Counted from the stretch's first letter, positions 1 through 9,435 are shown. The stretch: DNA of 64,000 nucleotides from Chloroflexota bacterium (GCA_005880945.1 VBIU01000082.1:1505-65504), one strand, 5' to 3'. Notes: generated from the letters alone by a model not told the origin. Numbers and translations are program-made.

Positions 1-48
1 GCAGGCGACCGTCAGGACGCCGAGCCCCAGTAGCTCATTGCTGCTCAT
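1..48 (-). CDS. 5' end of a probable membrane protein gene running off the window
   Basis: ATG at 48 on minus reads MSSNELLGLGVLTVAC, hydrophobic, just downstream of actP. Confidence 0.35.
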   Translation of the reverse strand, partial: MSSNELLGLGVLTVAC

Positions 49-106
49 GCCGGCGGACGTGGCGAAGGGGGCGGCACCGGCCGCCCCCTACTTTGGGATT
101 CGATGC

Positions 107-1804
107 TCAGGCCGCCACCGGGTTCGGTTCCGCGCCGAGCCCGGTCTGGGCCCGTACGTCGATCTCGTGGAACTTCACCTCGGACAGGCGGTCGGCTTTG
201 ACCAGATCTCCGATGTACGTGCCGACGATGGCGAGGAGGAAGCCGAGCGGGATGCTGACGATGCCCACGTTCTGCAGCGGAAATGCGGGATTCTTGACGG
301 CGGGCAAGGTCCATCCCGGCCCAATCGCCACCAGCCAGATGGTCACGACTGTGCCGCCGACTAGACAGGCGACGGCGCCCCATGTGTTGAAGCGCTTCCA
401 GAACAGGGTGAACAGGATTGCCGGCAGGTTCGCTGCCGACGCGATAACGAACGCGACGCCTGCGACAAGGGCGGCCGCATTGGCGGTGGCCCCGATCCGC
501 GCCGCCAGCCAGATCGATAGCAGGCCGACCAGTCCTGCGGTGATGCGCGCCACGAGGACCTGCTCCCGCTCGCTGACATGGCCGTGGAGTAGGTGCGTGC
601 GGATCACATTGACGTAAAAGTCGTGGCTGAACGCGCCGGACGCGGCCAAGGTGAGCCCGGCGACCACCGCCAGGATGGTGGCGAAGGCGACCGCGGCGAT
701 AAAGGCGAGCAAGAACTCCGCCCCTGTGGTGCCGAAGAACTCGCCGCCGAGGAACTCGGCCAAGCGCGGTGCCGCGAGGTTGCTGTTGGGCGTGCCGACG
801 CATGCGCCAGCGACGACCTTGGCGCAGATATTTGCCTTGCCAACGAGCGTCGCAGCCCCGAATCCGAGGAACGTGGTCATGACGTAGAAGCTGCCGATCA
901 GGCCCATCGCCCACGCTACCGACGCGCGCGCCGCCTTCCCGTCCGGAACGGTGAAGAAACGCATCAGGATGTGAGGCAGTCCGGCCGTGCCGAGGATGAG
1001 CGCCATGCCCAGAGAGATGTTGTCGAGCAGCGCGAGGTCGATGCCGAAGACCTGCTTCTGGCCGTACTTGTAGAGGATGCCGGGCTGCGTGAAGTTAAGC
1101 CCGGTGGCTTTGTCCTTGACCCCGGCGACAGCGTCGAAGAAATGCCCGAAGCTGAAACCGAAATGGAGCAGCACCAGGAAGGTCAGCAAGACCGCGCCAC
1201 TCATCAGCAGAATCGCTTTGATGATCTGCACCCAGGTGGTCGCGACCATGCCGCCGGCGATGACGTAGATCATCATCAGGACGCCGACCAGCGTGATCGA
1301 CGGGTCGAGGTGGGTCCCTAAAACGTCCCAATTGAAGTACGGCTTGAGATTGGTGTCCAGCGTCGGGATCAAGATCTTTATCAGGCTTCCCGCCCCGATC
1401 ATCTGGGCCATCATGTACGAGGCGCTTACGGCGACCGTCGAAAAGGCCGCCGCTGATCTGACGGGTATCGGGGACATCCTGTAGGCAAGGACGTCGGCCA
1501 TTGTGTACTTACCTGTGTTCCGCATCGGCTCGGCGATCAGGAATAGGACGGTGAGGTACGCGACGAGCCAACCGACCGAATACATGAAACCGTCGTAGCC
1601 GTTGAATGCGATCAGCCCGGCAATTCCCAGGAACGAGGCCGCGCTCATGTAATCGCCCGCGATGGCGAGGCCGTTCTGCCAGCCTTTGATCTGCCGGCCC
1701 GCGGCCCAGAACTGGACGGTCGTTCTTGTCCGGCGAGCCGCCCATCCGGTGATGACGAGGGTGATCCCAACGACGATCAAGAAGAGGACGAGTGTGATGT
1801 TCAT
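107..1804 (-). CDS. actP: cation/acetate symporter, SSS family
   Basis: NGLAIAGDYMSAASFLG and GTAGLPHILMRFFTVP motifs, polytopic; start set at MNITLV; paired with DUF485 gene. Confidence 0.9.
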   Translation of the reverse strand: MNITLVLFLIVVGITLVITGWAARRTRTTVQFWAAGRQIKGWQNGLAIAGDYMSAASFLGIAGLIAFNGYDGFMYSVGWLVAYLTVLFLIAEPMRNTGKYTMADVLAYRMSPIPVRSAAAFSTVAVSASYMMAQMIGAGSLIKILIPTLDTNLKPYFNWDVLGTHLDPSITLVGVLMMIYVIAGGMVATTWVQIIKAILLMSGAVLLTFLVLLHFGFSFGHFFDAVAGVKDKATGLNFTQPGILYKYGQKQVFGIDLALLDNISLGMALILGTAGLPHILMRFFTVPDGKAARASVAWAMGLIGSFYVMTTFLGFGAATLVGKANICAKVVAGACVGTPNSNLAAPRLAEFLGGEFFGTTGAEFLLAFIAAVAFATILAVVAGLTLAASGAFSHDFYVNVIRTHLLHGHVSEREQVLVARITAGLVGLLSIWLAARIGATANAAALVAGVAFVIASAANLPAILFTLFWKRFNTWGAVACLVGGTVVTIWLVAIGPGWTLPAVKNPAFPLQNVGIVSIPLGFLLAIVGTYIGDLVKADRLSEVKFHEIDVRAQTGLGAEPNPVAA

Positions 1805-1805
1805 G

Positions 1806-2195
1806 TCACGCCGCCTTTCTGCCGGCGGCCCGCGCGCGCACCTTGGCGGCAAGGGCGTCGAAGACGGTGTTGGCCTTGCGGATGTAGAGGTACGCCAGCA
1901 CCCAGGCCATAACGAACTCGGAGAGCGCGAACAGATACGCGATGTTGATCTCGCCGAAGACCCGCGTCTTCATGAGGCCAGGGGCGAGGCCGTTGCCGAG
2001 CGGCAGCAGAAAGTAGTAGACGAGGAAGAAAATCGTCGCCGGGAGAACGAAACGAAGCCGCGCCCTGACGAGCTGCCGAAACTCGTCAGTCTGCTCTAGC
2101 CCCTCCCAATGGCCCCCCTCCCCAGGCGCCGGCTCGAGATGGTCCACCTCTTGGTGCGGCGCCGGTGGCGCAGGTGGTGCCTTGCCAACATCCAT
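1806..2195 (-). CDS. DUF485 (YjcH-like) membrane protein
   Basis: EFRQLVRARLRFVLPATIFFLVYY, two TM segments, usual actP partner, GGAGG SD. Confidence 0.85.
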   Translation of the reverse strand: MDVGKAPPAPPAPHQEVDHLEPAPGEGGHWEGLEQTDEFRQLVRARLRFVLPATIFFLVYYFLLPLGNGLAPGLMKTRVFGEINIAYLFALSEFVMAWVLAYLYIRKANTVFDALAAKVRARAAGRKAA

Positions 2196-2333
2196 GGCCT
2201 TGACTCCTCCTTTCTGAACGCGGGCAATGCCCGCACCAGCCCCCCAGTGGCCGCGCCGGCGGCCGTGCTGTAAACACTATCGCGGTGTTCGGGCGAGTTC
2301 AAGGAGGGGCCGGCCGCGGTTGCGGGCCGCGAG

Positions 2334-2783
2334 CTACTCGGGACCGCTCCAGGACCAGCGCGGCACCGGCATCTCGGCGGGCACTTTCGCGCCGGCCGGC
2401 GCATAGGCCAGGACGTCGCGAGTCGCCCACTCGATGTACGAACGGAGGGCGGATCGGAAATCGGCGTCGTCAGGAAGGTGCGCGTCGTCAGCCGCCTGCA
2501 TGAAGCACGCGACAAAACGGGGGCCAAAGTCGTCCTCGGCGCCCTGGCCGGCGTGGATGCCGATCATGGCCGAATGGCCGCCATGGAGCTCCGAGTAGCG
2601 GCGTGGGCCGCCGAAGACCTCCGCCCAGTAGGCGGCGAGGTTCTCGATGTGCTGAGGGTTTTCGGTGTGCGAGAAGGGATGGTTCAGCTTTGGATCTTGC
2701 AGGCAGCGGTCGTGCAGAGCGGTCGCCAGTGCGAGGAAGGCGGGCTCACCGCCGGCGAACTCGAACAGCGACGGTCGCGCCAC
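2334..2783 (-). CDS. group II truncated hemoglobin
   Basis: SLFEFAGG, LAAYWAEVFGGP, HSAMIGIH; GTG start 7 nt after TACGAT. Confidence 0.8.
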   Translation of the reverse strand: MARPSLFEFAGGEPAFLALATALHDRCLQDPKLNHPFSHTENPQHIENLAAYWAEVFGGPRRYSELHGGHSAMIGIHAGQGAEDDFGPRFVACFMQAADDAHLPDDADFRSALRSYIEWATRDVLAYAPAGAKVPAEMPVPRWSWSGPE

Positions 2784-2826
2784 TCCGCGGATCGTAGCCG
2801 AAGGGGGAAATACACTAGGACTGCTC

Positions 2827-3474
2827 ATGGCTAAGCTGCGAATTCACAATTTCGCGATCTCGATCGACGGGTATGGGGCCGGCCCCGGCCAGGACGTCGA
2901 CAACCCGCTCGGGGTGCACGGACTGGACCTGCATCAGTGGGTTTTCGCCACCCGCACCTGGCACAACCTGCAAAGCCTGGATGGCGGCGATGAAACCCTC
3001 GACGACAAGTTCATCGCTCGAGGTGACGCCGGCATCGGCGCCACCATCATGGGACGCAACATGTTCGGGCCAATCCGGGGACCGTGGACCGATGACGAAT
3101 GGAAGGGTTGGTGGGGCGACGACCCGCCGTATCACCACCCGGTCTTCGTCCTCACCCATCACCCGCGCGCGCCGATCGCGATGCAAGGCGGAACAACATT
3201 CAACTTCGTGAACGACGGCATCGAGGCGGCGCTCGAGCGAGCCTTCGATGCGGCCCAGGGGAAGGACGTCAGACTCGGCGGCGGTGTATCGACCATCCAG
3301 CAATATCTGCGCGCCGGCCTGGTCGATGAGATGCACGTGGCAATCGTTCCTACTTTTCTTGGCAGCGGCGAGCGCCTTTTCGACAACCTGGACGGCGGCC
3401 CGGTCGGCTACCAGTGCGTCGAGCTCGTCAGCTCACCCTCAGTTGTGCACGCCCGTTTTGCCCCGGAGCCCTGA
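2827..3474 (+). CDS. dihydrofolate reductase family (RibD C-terminal) protein
   Basis: ISIDGYGAGP, IMGRNMFGP, PVFVLTH, GGGVSTIQQYLRAGLVDE. Confidence 0.85.
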   Translation: MAKLRIHNFAISIDGYGAGPGQDVDNPLGVHGLDLHQWVFATRTWHNLQSLDGGDETLDDKFIARGDAGIGATIMGRNMFGPIRGPWTDDEWKGWWGDDPPYHHPVFVLTHHPRAPIAMQGGTTFNFVNDGIEAALERAFDAAQGKDVRLGGGVSTIQQYLRAGLVDEMHVAIVPTFLGSGERLFDNLDGGPVGYQCVELVSSPSVVHARFAPEP

Positions 3475-3496
3475 GAAGCCGCAAAACGGAAGGGGA

Positions 3497-4519
3497 TTAG
3501 CAGCCCGCTTCGTCGGATCCGCCGAAGAGCAAGGCCTTGCCGTCAGCATCCTGAGCGCTGGCTGCACCCCAGCGCGCCGACATGCCGGGTGCTGCCAGCC
3601 TCGACCACGCGTTGCCATCCCACGCCCATGCGGAGTCGGAAGGTTTCGGGCAGGGCATGCCAAGAAGCACGATATCCCGCTTGTTGGCGGCGTCCCAGAT
3701 GGCGTTGGCATAGGCGAGGGCTGGAGGTCCCGAACCCTTTAGCTGCGTCCATCTGGCGCCGGTCAGCGACCATCCGTCGCCGAGTGCCTCGCCCTGTGCG
3801 CCGATTCCGGCGCTGGCTTTGAATCCGGAACCCCCATAGACAAATAGCGACGAATCGGAGGGATCCCAGGCCACAGCGGGGTTGCCGCGGCCGGGAGGCT
3901 TGGGATCCTTGTCGATGCGGGACCAGGTTTTGCCGCCCCACGTCCATGCATCCCCGAAGTAGCGGACATTGACATAGTGGCCGCCAAACAGCACGACCCT
4001 GTTTCCCGCTGCTATCAGCTGCGGTCCATCGCGCTTGCCCGGAACCCCGGGACCAACATCGATCTGCGTCCAGTCAACGCCGTCCCACGTCCACGTGTCG
4101 CCACCGGGGTCGCCCTCGTTGCGATCCTCGACAAGGCCGCCATACAGGACCACAACCTGATGCGCGGGGTCATAAGCCATACCGGCTGCTCTGCGGGGAG
4201 GTGGTTTGTGTACGGGCGAAGCCGCTTTCCACGCGCTGCCGTCCCACGTCCAGGTCTCGTCGGATGAGCCTTTGGCCGTCTGACCGCCAAACATCACATA
4301 TACCTTGTGCTTGGCGTCAAAGGCCAGGCTGGCCAGGTAGCGCGACGATGGCCCGGTGGCGGCTTCACGATGCCAGGACGCACCGTCCCAGGTCCAGGTG
4401 TCACCCTTCAGCCCCGGTTGCTCGGACGACGGTGTCGGCCCGGACTGCACGGTGGCCTGTGATCCAGTGCAGCCGGAGAGAAGAAACATGAGCACCGCGA
4501 GTTGAGCAACTCTCCTCAT
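3497..4519 (-). CDS. Kelch-like beta-propeller lipoprotein
   Basis: lipobox LLSGC; repeated LFGG...DTWTWDG units. Confidence 0.75.
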   Translation of the reverse strand: MRRVAQLAVLMFLLSGCTGSQATVQSGPTPSSEQPGLKGDTWTWDGASWHREAATGPSSRYLASLAFDAKHKVYVMFGGQTAKGSSDETWTWDGSAWKAASPVHKPPPRRAAGMAYDPAHQVVVLYGGLVEDRNEGDPGGDTWTWDGVDWTQIDVGPGVPGKRDGPQLIAAGNRVVLFGGHYVNVRYFGDAWTWGGKTWSRIDKDPKPPGRGNPAVAWDPSDSSLFVYGGSGFKASAGIGAQGEALGDGWSLTGARWTQLKGSGPPALAYANAIWDAANKRDIVLLGMPCPKPSDSAWAWDGNAWSRLAAPGMSARWGAASAQDADGKALLFGGSDEAGC

Positions 4520-4605
4520 GGAGGCGCCCAGTTTAAGCGCCGGCTCAGCCGGCGCCTTACGTCGAGATCAGTCCACGTACAGTCCGTTAGGGGCGGGGCG
4601 GCGTC

Positions 4606-5508
4606 CTAGTCTCGAGTCTGGGCGAGGGCCCGCCGCAAGATGATCGCGAACACTCTGTCGAAGTCGGGCCGGGCCTCGGGTGGAAGCGCATCCCGCTGCC
4701 GGGTCCATGCGATCGCGTGCGCAAACCAGCCGACGCGGATCGCGAGTTCGAAACTCTCTTCCAATCCGCTCCCCCACGGCTCCAGGTAAGCGTCGCGAAG
4801 CCTGCGAAACCAGGGGTCATCGGGAGCGAGATGGTTGACCTCCTCGAGAAAGCGGAACGTCACGACCAGAGAGAAGAAGGGATGCGCTATCGATGAGTCT
4901 CCCCAATCCAAGACGCGGAGCTTGCCCCGGTCTGAGTAGAGGTTTGCCATGTGGAGGTCGTCGTGCTGGACCGACTCCTGAATCCCCACCTCGGCCAGGG
5001 CGGCGCATAGCTCGATGAACCGGGGCGCATTGTCCCGTAATCGTTTGATTTCATCTCTCGCAAGTGGGACCTGGCTCGCCAGCAGACGCTCGTAACCCGC
5101 CGGCAGCGCCGCCATGCGCAGGTCCGGCACGCCGTGGCCGACATGGTCGAGGGCGTTCGCCATCTCTCCCTTTTGCATCTCGGCATACGACGGCAATGCC
5201 TCGAGCCACGCCTCGGGCGGATTCCCCAGCTCACCGACCGCGACGCCAGCGTCGCGGAGCAACAGCCAGCGCCGCGTTTCGTCGACGGCCAGCACCTCGG
5301 TCACGCGGTCGGGCCATCGTGTGTACAGCTCAGCGGTCAGCCTCGGCTCGAATGCCTGAACCTGAGCGCATGCCTTGAACCATGTGAAGCCGCCCGCGAC
5401 CGGCACCCGCATCACCGTCGCCCACGGCCGATCGTGCGTCGTTTCGATAGCGCCTGTCGGCTCGACGTGCTTGCGGATCCACTCTTCAGCGGCGATGGCG
5501 TCCAACAC
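4606..5508 (-). CDS. APH/choline kinase-like phosphotransferase
   Basis: QHDDLHMAN and LDWGD catalytic motifs. Confidence 0.8.
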   Translation of the reverse strand: MLDAIAAEEWIRKHVEPTGAIETTHDRPWATVMRVPVAGGFTWFKACAQVQAFEPRLTAELYTRWPDRVTEVLAVDETRRWLLLRDAGVAVGELGNPPEAWLEALPSYAEMQKGEMANALDHVGHGVPDLRMAALPAGYERLLASQVPLARDEIKRLRDNAPRFIELCAALAEVGIQESVQHDDLHMANLYSDRGKLRVLDWGDSSIAHPFFSLVVTFRFLEEVNHLAPDDPWFRRLRDAYLEPWGSGLEESFELAIRVGWFAHAIAWTRQRDALPPEARPDFDRVFAIILRRALAQTRD

Positions 5509-5577
5509 CGTCCTCAGTTGCGCGATGCGGGCTTGTTATCCCTATGACTTGGCGCGCTTACCGCCGTAGCGCAAGCA

Positions 5578-6525
5578 TCATTGCTCGTACCAACGGAGGA
5601 CCCGCAGCGCGCGCAGCGTGTTCCACCGGCTGGGCCGGCCATCGCCGTCCTCCAGCGCGAAATGGACCGCGCCGGGATGGGTGTTCTCCAGAAGCCACGT
5701 GCCGTCAGCCTGTCGCTTGGATCGCAGCAGATCGATCGCCTCGTCTACGCGCGGGTCCGGTGGATCGCCAGCCGCCCGGAAGTGCTCCAGCCCACGCAGC
5801 ACGTCGTAGTGCCAGCGGGTGGGAAACGAGAACTGCAGCCAGGCGGGGTCGACGACCTCGCCGGTGCTCTTACGGCGGAACAACTTCCGCTCGAGGAGGT
5901 ATTCCTCCCCGCGCCGGCGAGCCGCGATCGATTCTGCACTGCCGCCGGTTGCGCGCTCGTGGGCCAGCAGCCCTTCCAGGACTCGGATCGTGGTGTGGAA
6001 GGAAGAGCGAACCGAACCGTTCTCCACCTCGCAGTTCCACCCTCCGTCCTCGAGCTGCTCACCGAGCAGCCGGGCGACCACCTCATCGACGTCCTGGTCG
6101 AAGTAGACACCGAGCGCGACGACCATGCCGTTGATGCAAGGCTCGACCTCGCCGCTGAAGAACGGCTGGCCGGCGTGCTCCCAACGGCAGTGCTCTCGGA
6201 CCTGCGCCACAGCCCGGCGAACCTCGTCACCGCGGGGGTCGACGCCGAAGTCGGTCAGGTTGACGAGACTGTATGCCGTGGCCGACCAGGGCTGGCCCTT
6301 GGGCGGCTCGCCGCCACCCGATTCAGCTCGTCGAGCGGGGAATAACGCGCCTCCCTCCCACTGGCCGTCTTCGCCTTGCAAGGCCAGAATCCGGGCACCC
6401 CATCCTTCGCTCGCCACGCGGGCGCGCTCCGCTGCGACCACTTCTGCCGGCGCGTCGGCAAGGTCGCGCAACACCTGCCAGCGGATGGCGGGGTCGGAAT
6501 CGAGCAGCCAGTCCAGTACTGCCAT
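5578..6525 (-). CDS. squalene cyclase/prenyltransferase-like repeat protein
   Basis: QW-like repeats QGEDGQW, QLEDGGWNC, QADGTW; LDWLLDSDPAIRWQV N-terminus. Confidence 0.65.
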   Translation of the reverse strand: MAVLDWLLDSDPAIRWQVLRDLADAPAEVVAAERARVASEGWGARILALQGEDGQWEGGALFPARRAESGGGEPPKGQPWSATAYSLVNLTDFGVDPRGDEVRRAVAQVREHCRWEHAGQPFFSGEVEPCINGMVVALGVYFDQDVDEVVARLLGEQLEDGGWNCEVENGSVRSSFHTTIRVLEGLLAHERATGGSAESIAARRRGEEYLLERKLFRRKSTGEVVDPAWLQFSFPTRWHYDVLRGLEHFRAAGDPPDPRVDEAIDLLRSKRQADGTWLLENTHPGAVHFALEDGDGRPSRWNTLRALRVLRWYEQ

Positions 6526-6656
6526 CAGCCGAGTCTAGCCCGGACGAAGGCCGGCTCTTCGAAACGACGGCGCCCTTTCCTTTGGCCGGGCCTAGAACTG
6601 GAATCTGCACGCTCCTTGCTCTTAACGCCTTGGCTTGACCTAGCTTCGACCTGATG

Positions 6657-6672
6657 CGAACATTCGTACGAT
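6657..6672 (+). promoter_or_regulatory. LexA-box-like site overlapping a -10 hexamer
   Basis: CGAAC-ATTC-GTACG (one mismatch to GAAC-N4-GTTC) overlapping TACGAT at 6667-6672. Confidence 0.4.
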
Positions 6673-6716
6673 GACCTGCTCAGCAACGGTTTCACTAACT
6701 CGCAAAGGAGCGTCGG

Positions 6717-6965
6717 TTGGCCGTTTATGACGTCGCCGCAACGGCGTTGAATCCCCATACCGGCTTCGCTGTCAGTGGATTCCGAGTTGAACGCATCGAC
6801 ACCGATACCAATGAACTCTTCGGTAATTGTCTCAGCGAATGGGACGTCGAAGACACCTACGAAGCCTTCTGGAATCGTCTAGATGACAATTGGGAGTCTG
6901 CTTTTCCAGTGGGCCAGGGAAAAGTGAAAGTCTTGACGGTGACACGCGTCGAGAGTCGTCACTAG
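6717..6965 (+). CDS. small acidic hypothetical protein upstream of tnpB
   Basis: AAAGGAG SD before TTG start; 82 aa, 14 D/E vs 7 K/R; ends 9 nt before tnpB. Confidence 0.7.
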   Translation: MAVYDVAATALNPHTGFAVSGFRVERIDTDTNELFGNCLSEWDVEDTYEAFWNRLDDNWESAFPVGQGKVKVLTVTRVESRH

Positions 6966-6974
6966 GCAATCTGC

Positions 6975-8345
6975 ATGAACCAGCGGTCAAGCGCACCGCC
7001 TAGTTCCGGGAACGTCGAATTCCAGGTGTTTCGCTTCGCACTCGATCCCAATAACAAGCAGCGTGGTCATCTCGCGAGTCACGCCGGCGGAGCTCGGTAC
7101 GCATACAACCTCGGCCTCGAATGGCTGATCGATTCACTTGAGAAGCGCCGGGCCGGCGGTTCCGAATCAACGCCGAATGCATCCGAGATGCATCGTCGAT
7201 GGAACCGCTGGAAAAAGATCCCGCAAAACGACGCGATGTGGTGGTCTACGAACTCCAAGTGCGTTTACCAAGAGGCGTTCCGGGACCTCGAGCACGCCTT
7301 CAATTCGTTTGTTGCGTCTCGACGACGGAAGCGCCGCGGGCGACGGCTTGGGTTTCCACGCTTCAAGAGAAAGGCTCGAACACGCGACCGATTCAGACTT
7401 ACAGGGCACTTCGAAGTTGATAGGCGGTCTGTTCAGTTGCCGAAACTTGGCCGCATCCGTATCCATGAGAACGCCTCCCGGTTTGCGTCGGGCATAGAGT
7501 TCGGCCGAATTCGCATTACATCAGCGACGGTGGGGAGAGAAGCCGACCGATGGTATGTCAACTTTCGAGTGGCGAGAACGACGCGACCGTCCTGCACACC
7601 CAGCTTCGGCGCCGTTGGCATCGATATGGGCATTAATGCCTTGGCTACCTTGTCAAGCGGACTGCTTGTAATCGGCCCGAGGGCTTTGAAGTCCAACCTG
7701 AAGAAGCTGCGCCGCGTTTCGAAGGCGCATGGTAGGAAATGCCACGGGTCCAAGAATCGCAAACGAACAGCAGCTCAGTTGGCACGATGCCATTCGCGAA
7801 TTGCTGCTCTTCGCCGTGACCATCTGCACAAACTGAGCACGTATCTGGCCAAGAAGCACGGCTTGATCGTGATTGAAGACTTGAGCATCCAGGCGATGAT
7901 GAGCAACCGTCGATTGGCCCGCTCGATTGCGGATAGTGGATGGGGGGACCTAGGGGCAATGCTTGAGTACAAGTGCCGGTGGTATGGCTCAAAATTGATC
8001 AAAGCAAGTCGAAACTTTCCAAGCACGCGTATGTGCTCCGGCTGCGGGAACGTTAAGGATGCCCTGCCATTGTCGCTGCGACAGTTCACCTGTGACCACT
8101 GCGGCCTGAATATCGATCGTGATCTCAACGCAGCCAAGAATCTGGCCCGGTGGCCAGCTGTCGCCGGCAGTGCGCCGGAGACTCAAAACGCCTGTGGAGA
8201 GGACGTAAGACCCGGCCGAAGCCGGGCTGGCCTCGATGAAGCAGGAACCGAGCAGCCCGTTTTGGCGTCAGGCTCGGAGCCCATCGCTCAGGCGGTGGCC
8301 TTTAGCTGCGGTTCCATTGGCCGCGGGAGAAGGACGGGTGGCTAG
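6975..8345 (+). CDS. tnpB: RNA-guided endonuclease TnpB, IS607-type
   Basis: FRFALDP...SHAGGARYAYN and WWSTNSK N-terminal motifs; RuvC GIDMG / VIEDL / DRDLNAA; Zn finger CSGC...CDHC. Confidence 0.93.
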   Translation: MNQRSSAPPSSGNVEFQVFRFALDPNNKQRGHLASHAGGARYAYNLGLEWLIDSLEKRRAGGSESTPNASEMHRRWNRWKKIPQNDAMWWSTNSKCVYQEAFRDLEHAFNSFVASRRRKRRGRRLGFPRFKRKARTRDRFRLTGHFEVDRRSVQLPKLGRIRIHENASRFASGIEFGRIRITSATVGREADRWYVNFRVARTTRPSCTPSFGAVGIDMGINALATLSSGLLVIGPRALKSNLKKLRRVSKAHGRKCHGSKNRKRTAAQLARCHSRIAALRRDHLHKLSTYLAKKHGLIVIEDLSIQAMMSNRRLARSIADSGWGDLGAMLEYKCRWYGSKLIKASRNFPSTRMCSGCGNVKDALPLSLRQFTCDHCGLNIDRDLNAAKNLARWPAVAGSAPETQNACGEDVRPGRSRAGLDEAGTEQPVLASGSEPIAQAVAFSCGSIGRGRRTGG

Positions 8346-8357
8346 AGGGATTTGAAC
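8155..8357 (+). ncRNA. putative TnpB omegaRNA (scaffold about 8155-8337 plus inferred guide from 8338)
   Basis: GCCGGCAGTGCGCCGGAGAC...GCCTGTGGAG...TAAGACCCGGC-GCCGGG...TGAAGCAGGAA and further hairpins (CCGAGC/GCTCGG) overlapping the tnpB 3' end; ends GGACGG. Confidence 0.6.
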
Positions 8358-8411
8358 CCTCGACAGCCAGATCCACAATCTGGTGCTCTGCCATGCTGAG
8401 CTATAGCCACC
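8337..8411 (-). tRNA. tRNA-His(GTG), G-1 encoded, CCA not encoded
   Basis: acceptor GTGGCTA/TAGCCAC, anticodon arm CCAGA-TTGTGGA-TCTGG, T loop GTTCAAATC. Confidence 0.95.
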
Positions 8412-8487
8412 ACGGTGCGGGCCTGGAGTCGTCAGCCCTGTAGGAACCACGATTTTACCCGCACTCGTGGTGGACAATTAAAGAGCG

Positions 8488-9435
8488 ATGGCAACTCCCG
8501 CCGAGTTCGACCAGATGATCAGCTCCGGGGAGCTGATCGAGTCACCCCGCGAGATGACCCCCGAGTACCTGCGCGAGCTCAAGCACACCCTCATCGTTTC
8601 CGGTGACACCGAGCTGATCTCGGCGCCCGCCTATTACCTCGCCGCGCAGAGGGCGCCGTCCATCAACGCGTTCATGACCGGCATCGCCATCATCCAGGAC
8701 GAGCTGGCTCACGCCCATATCGCGTATCACATCCTCGAAGAGCTCGGCGAGGACCAGGAGAAGCTCATCTTCAGCCGCGATCCGAAGAGCTTTCGCTATC
8801 CGTATGCCTTCGACGTCCCGCTCGACAGCTGGACCGAGCTCGTGGTCGCCAACGGCATGTACGACCAGGCGGGCTTCTGCCTGTTGGGCGACATTCACGA
8901 GAAGTGCTCGTACGGGCCCTGGAAGCGAGGGCTCAACAAGGTCATGGCCGAGGAGAACTTCCACCTGCGCAACGGGCGCACGTGGATGAAGCGCATCAGC
9001 CAGGCGGGCGGTTCGGCCAAGGACGAGCTCCAGCGGGCCGTCGACTGGATGTTCCCACTGAGCGTCGAGTGGTTCGGACTGCCCGACAGCCTGAAGATGC
9101 ATTCGACCCAGCTCGAGTACAGGCTCAAGGGCCTGACCAACGATCAGCTGCGACAGTGGTGGCTTTCGATGGTCGTTCCTTATTGCGAGCAGATCGGGAT
9201 CAAGGTCCCGTCGCACAAGGAAACGAAGGACGGCAAGGACGTGTGGGAGCTCGACTACCCGTTCCCTTGCGAGTTCGACGCCGAGGCGAAGCGGTGGGAT
9301 TTCAAGCAGCCGATCTCATGGGACGACGTGCTCGTGCGCTGGCGCAATCGCGGGCCGCGCAACGCCGAGATGGTGGCGATGTTCCAGGAGGAGTTCCACA
9401 AGTTCCGCAAGGCGCACCACCAGAACGGCTCATGA
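8488..9435 (+). CDS. PaaA-like ferritin-fold diiron monooxygenase catalytic subunit
   Basis: DTE, QDELAHAH, YDQAG, EENFH diiron ligands; LQRAVDWMFP. Confidence 0.8.
   Translation: MATPAEFDQMISSGELIESPREMTPEYLRELKHTLIVSGDTELISAPAYYLAAQRAPSINAFMTGIAIIQDELAHAHIAYHILEELGEDQEKLIFSRDPKSFRYPYAFDVPLDSWTELVVANGMYDQAGFCLLGDIHEKCSYGPWKRGLNKVMAEENFHLRNGRTWMKRISQAGGSAKDELQRAVDWMFPLSVEWFGLPDSLKMHSTQLEYRLKGLTNDQLRQWWLSMVVPYCEQIGIKVPSHKETKDGKDVWELDYPFPCEFDAEAKRWDFKQPISWDDVLVRWRNRGPRNAEMVAMFQEEFHKFRKAHHQNGS

Larger units (their letters stand above)
6590..8337 (+). mobile_element. non-autonomous IS607-like or domesticated tnpB cassette next to tRNA-His
   Basis: tnpB with omegaRNA-like 3' region, visibly more A/T-rich than flanks, no tnpA; left boundary approximate. 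Confidence 0.5.

Noticed and set aside
4537..4555. GCGCCGGC-TCA-GCCGGCGC hairpin as a terminator
   Set aside because: No clear U-tract and no other copy noticed.
1..8337. Integrase-type genomic island at tRNA-His
   Set aside because: No integrase and no duplicated tRNA 3' end found by eye.
6975..8345. Cas12f or catalytically dead TldR
   Set aside because: No CRISPR array nearby and all three RuvC acidic residues are present.
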